Notes: a model not told the origin generated them from the sequence alone. A stretch of 63,002 nucleotides of DNA, filler included, from Circinaria calcarea (GCA_051942165.1; 50 parts of 50 records of this genome joined end to end with filler, not necessarily neighbours in it), one strand, 5' to 3'; counted from the first letter of the whole stretch, positions 11,090 to 24,155 are shown. Program-made: numbers and translations.

Positions 11090-11363
11090 TCAATCCACCC
11101 AATCCACATTGATATCAATCTCATCACCATCCACGCTTTCCTTTCCACTCTTGGCGAGTGCCTCACCCATGGCCGCCTCGAGCTTCGCTTTAAACGTTAC
11201 CTCGCCTGGCACATCATAGTCCAGGTTGCGACCGCAGAAGATCATGCTCATGAAGCCCTTTTTGGCCTTCTCGGCCACTGCTGTATCCGCATTATGACTG
11301 AGCTCCTGAAGCCGCCGTCTCCAGAACAACCATCGCTTGATGCTGAAGCCTTGCTGGTCGATG
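11090..11363 (-). CDS. DUF3632-family fungal protein, 3' end (continues the gene at 33000-33811)
   Basis: FSIKRWLFWRRRLQEL; 11250-11363 is identical to 33000-33113. Confidence 0.75.
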
Positions 11364-11464
11364 NNNNNNNNNNNNNNNNNNNNNNNNNNNNNNNNNNNNN
11401 NNNNNNNTTAATTAATTAANNNNNNNNNNNNNNNNNNNNNNNNNNNNNNNNNNNNNNNNNNNNG

Positions 11465-12635
11465 CCCACGTCCAGCGCGGATATCGATGGCGATACACCA
11501 TGGACCGTAGCCCGGCCCCCCCATAAGCATCGCTATCTGTACATGCAGCCTAATGTTCCGTCGTCATTTTCTTCAGTCACGGTCACTGCGAGCCAAGATG
11601 CTGATGATCGTATTTCACCCCTTTGTGATCTTTTGGACAATGTGTTTCCGTCACCTCCTTTCCGAAAATGGCTTCAATTGGCCACTTCTCTCACACTCAC
11701 GTCGTATAACCTCCTCGCTCGTCGATTTCGCAGAGGAAAAGATTATAGCCTAGCAACCAATTATACCTACGAAGCCTCCCGATTGGAGATTACTCTTGGT
11801 ATCACACCTACAAACGGCTGGGGTGATGACGATGAACATCCAGTTATCGACAGCCCTGATGACGATGAACCTCCGGTTGTTCAAAACCCTGACGACGAAA
11901 AGCCGAAAAAGAAAGAAAATAGCCCTACTGTTGCAATAGACCTGAGGAATGAAAAGCAGGGAGCAGCTGAAAATTCCAATCATGAGAAGAAGAAAGAATA
12001 TGATTATAATCCTACCGTTTCGGCAAAACCAAGTAATGAGAAGGAAAAGAGAGAATATGATGACTACCCTACCGTTTCCGCAGAACCAAGTAACGAGAAG
12101 AAAAGGAGACAAGATGATGGTCACCCTACCTTTTCTACAAAACCAAGCAACGAGAAGAAAAAGAAGGAAGATGATGAGTACCCTACCATTTCTAAAGAAC
12201 CAAGCAAGAAGAAGAAACAAGTAACCGAAGACGAAGACTCCGGTGTAGGCGGCTATGAAGTCTACATGGCCGGCGACGATGACACTTACGACGACCACCC
12301 TGATCACGAAGGAAGTGATCACGGCGTCCCCATCCCCACAGCCCTCAGCACCTCAACCGGCGCCCGTGCATCCGGCCCCTCCTCCGGCCCGCGTCAAAAA
12401 TCCGCAAAGGTAGATCCAGCCATCTACCGCTCCAGCAGCGGTACGGGGGACGAAGACGACGGTGTCCTGTTTAGTATGCCGGTGGGCTGGAATCGGCTCA
12501 GTGTGGTGTTGAGAGATAAGGGAGTGTTGCGGTTTGTCAAATACGTTGGAATGAGTGCAAAAGGAGATCGGTGGGATTTGACGGGGGAATTTGGGGTTGA
12601 GGAGGAGGAGGAGGAGGCGGATGAGGAGGGGGGAG
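11465..12635 (+). CDS. TPA1: Prolyl hydroxylase Tpa1/Ofd1, C-terminal domain with a repeat insertion
   Basis: ARPPHKHRYLY, ARRFRRGKDYSLAT, VGGYEVYMAGDD, DPAIYR, DDGVLFSMPVGWNRLSVVLRDKGVLRFVKYV, GDRWD. Confidence 0.88.
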
Positions 12636-12736
12636 NNNNNNNNNNNNNNNNNNNNNNNNNNNNNNNNNNNNNNNNNNNNTTAATTAATTAANNNNNNNNN
12701 NNNNNNNNNNNNNNNNNNNNNNNNNNNNNNNNNNNG

Positions 12737-13147
12737 TGCAGCAGTAAAGTCTGCTCGCTTCCCTCTACTTGTCCGGCTTGCGGTCTCACCCTAATTCTCT
12801 CAACACATCTCGCTCGCTCGTATCATCATCTCTTCCCGCTGAGAAATTGGAAGGAAGTTAGCTGGAAGAGAGCTGCTCTGCATGTAGAGCAGAGTGGCTG
12901 TTTTGGATGCGGCGCAAAGTTTCCGGATGTGCCTAACGCAAAGGGAAGGGGCGGGGCAGGTAAGGGAGAAGGGAAAACAGGTGGGGTGAGTGAGAGTGGA
13001 AGGTACGAATGTGGGACTTGTGGTCGGTTCTTCTGCATAGATTGTGATGTGTTTGCGCATGAGGTTGTGCATAATTGTCCGGGTTGTTTGAGCCGGGAAC
13101 ATTTGCTAGTGGAGGCAGTGGACATGATGACAGTGGATGGAGGATGA
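12737..13147 (+). CDS. SSL1: TFIIH subunit Ssl1/p44, C-terminal zinc fingers
   Basis: CSSKVCSLPSTCPACGLTLILSTHLARSYHHLFPL..CFGC..YECGTCGRFFCIDCDVFAHEVVHNCPGC. Confidence 0.94.
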   Translation, partial: CSSKVCSLPSTCPACGLTLILSTHLARSYHHLFPLRNWKEVSWKRAALHVEQSGCFGCGAKFPDVPNAKGRGGAGKGEGKTGGVSESGRYECGTCGRFFCIDCDVFAHEVVHNCPGCLSREHLLVEAVDMMTVDGG

Positions 13148-15276
13148 CAAGTGGGCAAGAAAGACCATCATATGCACTGCACCAGGAGCTGGCTTGGTAA
13201 CGACAAGAAGTTGCATGCAATGGAAAAAGAGATGCTGCAGTGAGCCTGGTAATATTAATGCGAAAACACCCAAGGAGACCAGGGAAAACAGCAAGACGGC
13301 GGAAGTACTGCCTTCAGCTATTTTGACAAGGAGAGAGCGACGATGGAAGACACGTCAAAACATGACGTCCACCAAATCATGGATTTAAAACTCGAAGATT
13401 AGAGAAGGCAGACAACCCACGCTGCGTTAGAATGCGGATAGGTAAAAGAGCAGCAGCAAGGCAACAGTCGCACCAAAAGTACAACTCGACACCAATCCTT
13501 GCAAGGCAGGACGGCGTGTTATTTTGCCTCTTATGGCCTGAGGAAGCACTCGCCTGCTTACCGGATCCAGAGGCAGAGGCATTGGTGCCTTTCTGACGGC
13601 GAGCCTCGTCCTTTTTTTTCTCGGTCTCGTGCTGCTGCGCAACTAATTGAGCGTTTCTCCGCCTATTCGGCGCTGGATTTGCCGGCTCTCTCGGTCAAAA
13701 ACGAACTAGTCCAGAAGACGCCTCAATTTTTGTTACTCTTCGCTCCCTGGGGGGCGGGGACGGGAGAGGTGGGGAAAGGAAATCGCAGTTCACTCACCTT
13801 CCATTGTCAAAATCCTTTCCTCAAGTTCCAATTGAAAGAAAAAAAATCTATTGTACGCAAAAGATTTCTTGGAAGCTTTTTCCGACTGAAGAGAGAGAGA
13901 GAGAGANNNNNNNNNNNNNNNNNNNNNNNNNNNNNNNNNNNNNNNNNNNNTTAATTAATTAANNNNNNNNNNNNNNNNNNNNNNNNNNNNNNNNNNNNNN
14001 NNNNNNCATTACTTCTTCCCCCTCCCCTCTTTTTTTTCCCATCCCTTCTTTTTAGCTTTCAGCTTTAGGGGGGAGATACTCCGCGTCCTTGGGCCCCCGC
14101 CCTAATTCCTCATCTCATTTTAGCTGCTTTATCTTCCTCTAACCCCCGTGCTTCTTCCTCGATACCTTTACTTTTTCCTAACGCTTCCATATTCTTTCCT
14201 CGCGTCACTGGTGTACTCGTGTTCATGCTTCACCCCTTTAATTCCTCCCCTCCCTAAATTCACCACCTTTATTTCCCGTTTCTCTACTTTCCACTTGTCC
14301 CTTGCACCCTTATCCTCCCCTTAATCCCCCAAACAGTGGTCCTCGGCTTTCCTCTTTCTCTTTACCCACCTCTATCCTCACTTTTCCCCACATGTTTCAA
14401 ATCCACCCTCATCTTCACACATTGTCAGTTCCCTAATTCCCCGAATCTCCCATTCCAAATTCACCAAGAAAATTCAAGAGTACGAGTACTATCACGATTG
14501 AGACCAGATCCGATCCGATCCGATCCGATCCGACCCGATCGTGAAAGATGGAGGAAGGAAAGCCACGTGAGACTTCAGGAAGGTATTTTTTTGGGGGGGT
14601 TTTGAATTCCGGGTTTAAGAGAATTTGAGAGGACTGAGGGGAATTAGGAGATATAAGGTAAAAATTTTGAAAAAAACTAAAGGGGGTATTTATCTCGTAG
14701 GAATTTGCAAGTATATTAGTTAGTTGGAAGTGTCCCCATCCAGGGAGCGAGAAAACAGGGGCCGGGGACGCTTCAGAAGCTGGTTATGAAAACTGCCTTT
14801 TTGCATTCAGCATTCCTTCCGAATCTGATCTGCGAGCCGGGGACGGGGACCCGGGGACGGAGGAGAGGAGAAGAGAAAAAAAGGAACTCGAATATTACGT
14901 TTTTCAGAAGTGTCCCGGGGGGCCCCACGGAAGTATCCATCTATCTATCTATCTAATCCCCCTTTGACTTGAGCTATTTTTATTACTCTACGCGGAAACC
15001 GAAACCGTTGGCCGTTTCCCCTCAACTAACTACAAGCTTGAGAATTGTTGAGAAGTGGGTCAAAAGCTAATAGGATCACGGGTTTTCGTTTTCGCCAAAG
15101 CGGTTTTGTTTGAAACGCGCTCCAAGGGATAGATAGATATCACGAATACCTACTGTAACCTACCAAAGTGGGGGGGNNNNNNNNNNNNNNNNNNNNNNNN
15201 NNNNNNNNNNNNNNNNNNNNTTAATTAATTAANNNNNNNNNNNNNNNNNNNNNNNNNNNNNNNNNNNNNNNNNNNN

Positions 15277-15653
15277 ATTGGCCCACCACCGTTCCGGCAA
15301 AGGCAATGGAGGACACGTTGGAGCGGGCCGGAGATGCGGCATAGGCTACCGGGTAGATGGTACTGAGCATGGTATTGACGGATCCGATGACTCTGGATTT
15401 CCGCCAAAATTCAGCACAACCCTTTTCCAGCTCGGAGGGGTGAATGAGGGCATTACCCGTTGAGGTAGCCATCAGAGAACAGGCCTGCTCCACAGGCGAT
15501 CGTCGGCCAACTTCGCTCCCATCGACCCTTCTCAAGGTTCTCTAGAGGAACGGTGTTCCTTTGCGCATAGGATCGGGGAAGCTCGGTGGCTTCCGGGGAG
15601 GACCCATCGTCGTGGACTTTCCTCGTCGAGTTGTTTGGCATGGAGAATTTCAT
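15277..15653 (-). CDS. GIT1: MFS glycerophosphoinositol permease Git1-like, 5' fragment (intron 15456-15393)
   Basis: RWERSWPTIACGAGLFSDGYLNG|VIGSVNTMLSTIYP..NVSSIAFAGTVVGQ. Confidence 0.85.
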
Positions 15654-16546
15654 GCTGGAGAAATTGCGCGGAGACTAGAGTAAAGAAGGATGCTGCACCT
15701 TTCTTTCCTCTACCTAGCTCTTGACACTGAAAGGCAGTGGGAGAAGGTAGGAAAGATAGGCAGGCTGATCATATATAAATATAGACATATAAACATTGCA
15801 TGGTTTGCGTCGGAGAGCAGCATTTAATGAAGCCATGGTTCCACTCCGGAGTACTCCGTCCGCATATGGTTCGAACCAGTCGTTCGATCCTTTGGCAGGG
15901 AGCTAGGAGATCAATGGGCAAGCACAGCCCTTAGCCTCCTTCGCCCCGGCGGGGCTTGGTGTAAAATGGCTTAGCGGCCGGAGCCTATCTGCGGAAAGCA
16001 ATTGCGATATGGTATCTGATTGAATCGACAACCCCCACTACCATAACCCAATTTAAAGTTCCCTTTTTTCCTCGATAAACTAATATAAGCCGTGCGTCCT
16101 TTAGCAATCCTCAATGGTAATAATGACTAAGAACCTCTTACTGGAATTTGCTGTTGCTCGACTTACAAACGGGATTTAAATTTGATACAAGAAAAGTAAT
16201 CAAGATAATCAATGGCGTTATGCACGACATAAAATATTACTAATTTCAAGTTCTACTTGTGATACGTACTCGATTAGAAAAGAAGGTCACACTCACACTG
16301 TGGTTCCGGTAATCTCTACTTAGACTTGGCCTCGTGCCACGGTTCGATTCAAGATCTGATACCCCCGGCAAAGGCTTATTTTAAGTGTAATTCGCCAATT
16401 CAATCTGGATCAAGCGGGGGAAGCGGAACCCTAATCAGCCCTAATANNNNNNNNNNNNNNNNNNNNNNNNNNNNNNNNNNNNNNNNNNNNTTAATTAATT
16501 AANNNNNNNNNNNNNNNNNNNNNNNNNNNNNNNNNNNNNNNNNNNN

Positions 16547-16905
16547 CCTTTAAATAAGCCGAGGGCTTGAATCCGACAGTTCCCCCTCCCCTTTTCTTTC
16601 CCCCTTTCTTCTCCGAACCCGAAACGAAATATATCGAATACGATATCGCCGGTCTCTTCGGGTTTCTGCTGATCTATTCGGATCTAAAATGCCTGCACTG
16701 CGGGTCGTGTCGTTTTGGATATTAGACCCGCCTTCCTTGCCCCCTTTGCCCTCCGGGCCGTCGAGGGGAGATTCGGACAGGGTGTCACGGTTTAGCATAA
16801 TAGTAGCCCCCCTTCGCGGGCCGGGTCAGAGCCGGGATCACGTGACCCATCATGTATTTAGCTTCTGCAGCGTGTGGGGATGAAATCCCCACACTTAAAT
16901 TCTAG
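16547..16905 (+). mobile_element. Helitron-like 3' terminus (5' boundary not visible)
   Basis: 10-bp stem GTGTGGGGAT-gaa-ATCCCCACAC (16872-16894), 7 nt, then CTAG followed by T. Confidence 0.55.
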
Positions 16906-19084
16906 TACATACTAGAACCCAACTTTAGTCCCTGATATTATATTATTATATCGATTCCCGCATTATAAATTTAAATTTAAATTTTTTTATTTTTATTTAT
17001 TAAACGGCGAATATCTGCCACGCACCCCGAAGATGCTATTCACTTCTCCCACGCATCCTACCGTATCAGCCACGCACCCCTCCCCCTCCGCTTTTTCTTT
17101 CGTCCTCAACTAAGATAGTTTGACTAAAGGGGTCCTATTCCAAGGTGTACATGGTTTGATGTACCTAACCAACTCCTGGGTACGACACCATGGTAAGGTG
17201 ATCAACGAAGAGTCCACCGAGACAACGGAAGTAGCTGGTAGCGATCTTGGACATTCGTAGCATTGATCCGGACCTCTGAGCTCAACCATACCCACAATCC
17301 CGAACCGAAAGAACAACGCTACATAATTCAGCATCTCCGGTATTACCTCCTCAATCCCACTCCAAATCCCAGTATTACACACTTCATCTTCCAGCGTCCA
17401 ACCATCTTTGCTTCTCATGAAATCTCGTTGCCATGGTGTTTCCTAAGGACCCAGTCAATTAGTAGTATCCCTTGCGTATTCTTTTTTTATCACAAATCAA
17501 AGGGTACAGCTCACGCACCTGCAAGTGAAGAATGTTGAAGCACCGCTCCCCACCAGAGTAATCGGAATCGAATTGCGCCCCTGCCCGCCCTCTTCCCCCC
17601 CAGAGAAGAGTCGAGGCACAGACAGAAAACGCGCTGCGTATTGCACTAAAGTGCCACACCTCCTCCCTTTCGAGAATCGGCGCACAACCCTCTCCGCAAC
17701 GGCCCTTCCATAGGANNNNNNNNNNNNNNNNNNNNNNNNNNNNNNNNNNNNNNNNNNNNTTAATTAATTAANNNNNNNNNNNNNNNNNNNNNNNNNNNNN
17801 NNNNNNNNNNNNNNNCTATCCTCGCCCCAGCGCTAAGTCGAGTCATCTAGAGAAGTTCACAAGTTCTGTGTGAGAACGCACTGCTTTGGCAAAAAAAGAT
17901 ATACAGAAGCAAGGGTTTACTTCTGGGAAAAAGCGGTAGAAGGTCAAGCTCCAAAAGTTCAGCTGACAGTACGAGTTACAGAAGGGGAGAAGCACTTGTG
18001 GATCACAACTCCAGGTAAGATATTACACTCCGAGCGAAGAAGTACTGCAGTACTGACGCAGCAATCACAGTTTCACGAACCGGCCATATCCGTCGTCATG
18101 GCAGCTCTATTGTGCTTCAAAGTGTAACGGTCCAATGTGATAAGTACCTTAATACCAAACAAATGACTGCAACATCCTGTTGCGACGAAAGCCTTAGTCC
18201 TTCAATGAAGCAGTGCACCCTTACCCTGTGCTCTGATGACCCATCAGGTGAGTAACACAAAACACGTGTAAGACGTGGATACTGAATAAAGTACTAGATC
18301 TAAACTTCTTCATGAAATATTGGGATCCACCCAAAGAATCGAACGAGCCTAATCTAAGACGATGGGAAACGGGCCCCAGTCGGACATGTTGATTACATCC
18401 AAGGTTTAGTTCCGGCGTTCAATGCGCAACTTTTATGATTGTATGTACGGTCACCCACCTTCGTTCTTTCTCATTGAATACATGGCTTCACCATAGTTTC
18501 AATCAGAGTAAGAAGTAGCGGGTGTCTTATCATGAAATCGAGCTTGCTTATAACTGAAGAGGGTTTGATCAAGAAAGCTTCACCCGGTTGCTATATCCCA
18601 ACGGTCCTCTCTTCCCCCCGCCCATAATCAGCAATACTCTACATACCTGGTTATAAGAAGTTGAACAAATCGAGTCGACAAGACTTCTGATTATCTCTTA
18701 CCAGATGTGTGACTGTTTATTTACCAATCACTGCGGATCTCATCCCCGGGGGGGGGGGAAGCGGGGGATATACTCTATATCTGTCGCGTTCGTTGCAAAC
18801 CAGATCTGTCCCTCCAAAGGCTTCTCCGGCGTTCCTTTTCCTGTCCGGTCAAGTCTAGAAGCCAAGACCTTTAATCAACAGGGGTGGGAGTTTCTGATCA
18901 GTTACCCATTTCATCCTTCACCCCTCTCCCCGGGCGCCTTCCCTTCACAAGCAAACAAGACATGAAGTTGAAAATTCCAGACTCNNNNNNNNNNNNNNNN
19001 NNNNNNNNNNNNNNNNNNNNNNNNNNNNTTAATTAATTAANNNNNNNNNNNNNNNNNNNNNNNNNNNNNNNNNNNNNNNNNNNN

Positions 19085-20226
19085 GCAGCTTCCTTCTTCC
19101 TTTGCAGATACCTCTCCTTCGCACTACTGATGTCCCCCTCTGTCTTGCGACTTTTTGCCGCCCGCTCCATGGCTTCACGCTGTACTTCGTCGTCGTCAGC
19201 TGCTCTCTTTGCAGCTTCCTCGAGCTGTGCTTCTAGCATGCGGGTTTGCCGTTCGCGCATAGCTTGTTTTGAACCGACACGTCCCGGTAGACCTGTTGGC
19301 ATGCCTGCTCTGCCAGGGCCTTGCACAGCTAGGTTACCAGCTTTGGATGGTGGAGGTTTAGGTTTAGGCGTGAAGTTAAGACCAGCACTCAGAAGCTGTC
19401 GTTTATCCACAATTTGGCCCTCGTCATTAATTAGGGCCCCCTTCTCTTTTGCCAAATCAACTTCGCTCTTTTCCTTCTCTTGCATAGGCTCCTCCTCAAT
19501 AATACCATTAGTATTTGTCTCCTTCGCAGCTTTCATCTGCTCGGCATGTCTCTGCTCATCCTGCTCCAATAAATTCTTATACATCCTCGTTAATCCTCCG
19601 CCTTCTTTCCTTCTCCTTTCCTCTTCCTCCTGTTCCCTCCTTACCTCTTCCAGCTCTAACTTCCGGACCTCCTCTTGCTGCGCCTTATAAGCCCCCGTCA
19701 CGAACTTCTCCTTATCAGCAAACTCCTCCCCTTCAGCTTCACGTTCCTTAAGAAGCATCTTCTCCTTTGCGCGAAGCTGGTCACGTTTACGGACCTCCGC
19801 CGCTGCGAGTAGATTGCCCATATATTTGGGACCTTGAGCACCAGTAGAAGTAGACGACTTAGGCTTGGCATGCAGCGAATCATAGACGGAGTCATAGTCG
19901 TAGATATTAGGGTCAAGAGATTGGGCGGTAGTGGCGTGCTTGGTTGTGCTGTGATTTGTTGAAAGGTCGCCGAAATGAGAGATTTGAGGGGCTTTCTTCG
20001 TTACAGAGGTTAGAGCAGGGTTGGTAAGGTTCTCCTTTGATATTTTGGGTTTCGAAGTCGGATTGATACCGCCAATGGTGTCTATGACCTCCGCCACTTC
20101 TTCGTCTGGGCCATCCTCAGGCCCGGAGTCATCATCAAAGATAGTCTTCCGTTTCGCGGGTGGTGGTCGACTAGCTAACGAAGCTGGCTTTTTGGTGATG
20201 TTCAAGCCATACGACAGCGTAGACAT
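19085..20226 (-). CDS. NSRP1/CCDC55 (DUF2040) coiled-coil protein, 3'-truncated
   Basis: DPNIYDYDSVYDSL..PKYMGNLLAAAEVRKRDQLRAKEKMLLKEREAEGEEFADKEKFVTGAYK..SSAKERYLQRK. Confidence 0.9.
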
Positions 20227-21010
20227 TGTGCTTTTGCACTCTTCGAGACGAAANNNNNNNNNNNNNNNNNNNNNNNNNNNNNNNNNNNNNNNNNNNNTTA
20301 ATTAATTAANNNNNNNNNNNNNNNNNNNNNNNNNNNNNNNNNNNNNNNNNNNNATAGCCGTACCATAGTAATTTGCTAGTAAATACTTATCTTTATTTAC
20401 GCGTATCCCGAGTTTTCGTAGGGAATTTCGAGTACTACTTTCGAATAAGTAATTCTCTCTCTTGGAGTTACTACACTGCCCCAATGCATGAAATTCTATC
20501 GCATTCGTTGAGCCTACCGTTAAGAGATTCGATTGGCGGTACTCCGTAGACATGCCTTTAGTAGATGCTCCGTAGTGTATCATATAAAGTATATTCTCTC
20601 TTAGATTGCTACTCAATGCCTGAACTATATTGGCAGTAATAATTGGAAAAGTTCGAAAGGTGGAAAGAAAATTCCCCGACGAGGATTAGGATACCCGTAA
20701 ACAAAGATAGTGTTTACTAGTAAATAACCCTTGCGGAAGATCCCAAAAAAAAGGGACCCTTGTGGAAAAACAGACACTTGATATCTATTTCGTACAGAGG
20801 GTGGACAGCTCGGGCTAGAATACACCAGGGTGGTATTCTACTGCACGGACTTTTTTTGTGTGGGAAAACAAGGATCAGGGTCAGTATTTATCATAATACG
20901 GCCCCCTGTATATTCTAGCCCGAAGCGTCCCAATCTACCCTGGTCACATAACATTTTGCTCCCAGTCGGAAGCTTCCCATAAAATTAATTTCGAGAGTCG
21001 CTTCAGAGAG

Positions 21011-21033
21011 AGCAGCAGCAGCAGCAGCAGCAG
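21011..21033 (+). repeat. (AGC)n microsatellite
   Basis: About 7-8 tandem units. Confidence 0.9.
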
Positions 21034-21260
21034 CTAGCACATAACCCGTTGGCACTAGTACATTACTCCAAACAAAACAGTACAACAACGTCTACGGAGT
21101 TAAAAGACAGCAACGAATTCCAATAAGCCCGGATCGGATAGCGCTAGATCAACAGGGCGGTACTTACTCCCCACCGCCAACATCGACCCACCCCCCTTTG
21201 ACTTTGCCAAAAAAAAAAAACCACCGCCCTACCCTGGGTTTGAAGACTTCACCCAACCTC

Positions 21261-21509
21261 ATGGGCCTCTTCTCCTCCTCCTCCCCGCCTCCTCCCTCCC
21301 CCAACCACACCTCCCCCAAAGCTTCGTCCGACGGCGCCTTCGAAGCGCCCAACCGCAGCGCCCGCAGCGCCTGCTGGAACACTCGGGACGCATTCTTCGC
21401 CTGCCTGGACCGGAACGGCATCATCGACAGCATCCGGAACGAGGAGGCGGCGAAGAAGTGCTGCGGGGAGGAGCTGAAGGGATTGGAGAGGGAGTGTGCC
21501 AGCAGTTGG
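21261..21509 (+). CDS. COA6: Cytochrome c oxidase assembly factor Coa6 (COX6B-like), exon 1
   Basis: APNRSARSACWNTRDAFFACLDRNGI (CX9C), CGEELKGLEREC (CX10C), ASSW then donor gtacgt. Confidence 0.85.
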
Positions 21510-21621
21510 GTACGTGATTTANNNNNNNNNNNNNNNNNNNNNNNNNNNNNNNNNNNNNNNNNNNNTTAATTAATTAANNNNNNNNNNNNNNNNNNNNNNN
21601 NNNNNNNNNNNNNNNNNNNNN

Positions 21622-22788
21622 ATGCCCTCCAAACAGTCCAACCAACGCGCCTCCCCCTTCCACGCCTTCCTCCTCGCTCAAACCCTCCCGGTCCCAAACC
21701 CAAACCCCCATCGCGCTCTCTACCTCCACGTTCCCACTCACCCCCTCCCAGGCCGCTATCTCCTCTCCTTCCTCCCGCAAGAGGACCTCCTCGCTCTGCG
21801 CCTCGTTTCGCGCACGTGCAGGGATGCCGTCGAGCCTCTCCTCGACAAGGCTTTCGAGACGGTCTGGCACGCCTATCCGGAACAGCAACTGCCGGTGAAG
21901 CGAGAAGGAGGCGAGAAGAAGGGGGCCGGAGGGAGGAGGTGGTCCGAGGTTGGGAAAGCACCGACGGACAAAGGCAAGGGTAAGGGCAAGGAGGACGAAA
22001 AGCGAGGCAAAGATCCCAACGCCCTGCAGAGAATCAGCGAGCACGTCCGCATCCTGCACCTCTCCCTCTCCCCGTACCCCAACCCACCGCATCCAAGCCC
22101 GCCTCCTTCCGTCTCCATCTCCGTCTCCGTCCTCGCACTCACCTCCCTTTTCAACCGCCTCCCCAACCTCACGCACCTGCACCTCCATCTCTCACCCCCC
22201 AGCTCGTCTTCTCCCTCCGCAGCACTCACCTCTCTCATCGCCCCTCCTCTCCTCATCTCCACCCGGCACGCCCTCGAATCCGCCTCCCTGCCCCGTCTCC
22301 GCTCGCTCGCGCTCGAGAACCTGACGATCGGCGGCGTGTTGGCGTTCCGCTGGGGTCCGTTTACGTCGTTGCCGCTGCCTCCGTCTGCTGGAGGAGGAGG
22401 AGGTGTCACTGCCGCTGCCGTCCAGACGAGTGGACGGGAGAGAGAAGAGGGAGGCGCAGCAGCCGATCGCGCCTGGACGACGCCGTTTTTTTGGACGGGC
22501 ATCACGGCGTTGGAGATTGGGCTGTTTCCGTGGTGGACGACTCCTTACACGAGCAGTCCCTCAGCTGCACGCAGCACATCCACATCCTCCTACCGCACGG
22601 GTATCAAATGCCTCCACGACTTCCTATCCTCGTTCGCCCCGACCCTGACGAGCCTTTCTTTCTCCTGGCTGCCGTTACCAGATCCTCCGTTGCCACCGGT
22701 CGGAAGAAGCGACGATATGGCCATGGCCACGGCCACAGAAACGAAAACGAAAATGGAAACGAAAACCCCCAACCCCCTCCTCCTCGAC
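21622..22788 (+). CDS. F-box-like fungal hypothetical protein, fragment
   Basis: Open across the contig; LLSFLPQEDLLALRLVSRTC F-box-like motif and LRR-like LPNLTHLHL, LPRLRSLAL. Confidence 0.6.
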
Positions 22789-22888
22789 NNNNNNNNNNNN
22801 NNNNNNNNNNNNNNNNNNNNNNNNNNNNNNNNTTAATTAATTAANNNNNNNNNNNNNNNNNNNNNNNNNNNNNNNNNNNNNNNNNNNN

Positions 22889-24055
22889 TCCATCATCTCT
22901 CAAAGACATTGTATACCAGATCCAGCCGGCGATTGCCAAAGTTGGTGCAGAGAACCTCTCTGTGCGCACCAAGTTCATGCTGGAGACCATAAGCAGCTTG
23001 AAAGATAACCGCATGAAGACAGACACCGAAGCATCAACAATTAGATCCAAACACATCAAATACATGAAGGAAACCCTTGGTCCTCTCAGTACACGCAATG
23101 CGACGGCGAGCGAGCCATTGGGAGTTGGCCTTAAGGCTATCAGAAATACAGAGAAGCGGGGCAAATGGTGGCTTATAGGTGCCAGCTATAGAGATGATGA
23201 TGAGAGCAAAGGAGAAGCCACTCAAGCTCAGTTGTCTCACAGGAGTACCAGGGCAGTCGAGGTAGTCAGCAGAGATAATGACTCCATCAACCTTGGCGAT
23301 CTCGCGAGGGAACACCGTATGAATACAGACATTCGTCGCTCTATCTTTAGTGCTGTTATGTCTGCTTCCAATATAGAAGATGCCCATTACCGTCTTCTTA
23401 AGCTCGCTCTAAGTAAAGGTCAGAAGCCAGAGATCCCGAAAGTCTTGATTCATTGCGCCGGCAATGAAAACGAGTACAATTTGTACCATACATTGCTTGC
23501 AAAACGGCTTCTCGCAGATAGCAAACTTAAGCTCAGGGTGCCATTTCAGTATTCGTTGTGGGGCATCTTCAGGAGAATGGGTCAGAACAGTGATGAGGAA
23601 GGGGAGGATAAGGAGGATGAGGTAGAGGGCAAGATTGGAATGAGGGAAATGGTCAACCTCGCCAAGATGTTTGGGACCCTAGTGGCCGAGGGTGATTTGC
23701 CGTTGAGCATATTAAAGGTCAGTTACGTTTTGTCACCTAGAGGCCTAGAGCAGAGCTAATATTCATAGAACTTGGACATGGCCTATCTGCAACCAAATAC
23801 GCGCACCTTTGTCGAGCTTTTTCTGATTAAAGTAATAGTGCATTCCCAACAAGGGTCCAGGACTACAAGGGACGAGCAACCTCTTATGAGAATTATCTTG
23901 GGGTTGAGGGACGTACCAAATCTTGTCAGGGGCCTGCAATACTTTATCAAGAAGGTCGTCAGCAAGACTGATGTGGCCGGTAGTAAGGCGGACGGAGCGA
24001 CGGTGAAATGGGGTTGTAAAGTGATTGCTGATGCCCTGACTGCTTTAGCCTCGTC
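22889..24055 (+). CDS. SGD1: Sgd1/NOM1 MIF4G-MA3 nucleolar protein, C-terminal part (intron 23718-23768)
   Basis: RTKFMLETISSLKDNR, RGKWWLIGASY, LAREHRMNTDIRRSIF, NLAKMFGTLV. Confidence 0.9.
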
Positions 24056-24155
24056 NNNNNNNNNNNNNNNNNNNNNNNNNNNNNNNNNNNNNNNNNNNNT
24101 TAATTAATTAANNNNNNNNNNNNNNNNNNNNNNNNNNNNNNNNNNNNNNNNNNNN

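Noticed and set aside
14007..15176. Polypyrimidine contig with (GATCC)n and a short ORF
   Set aside because: Low-complexity intergenic DNA without coding signal.
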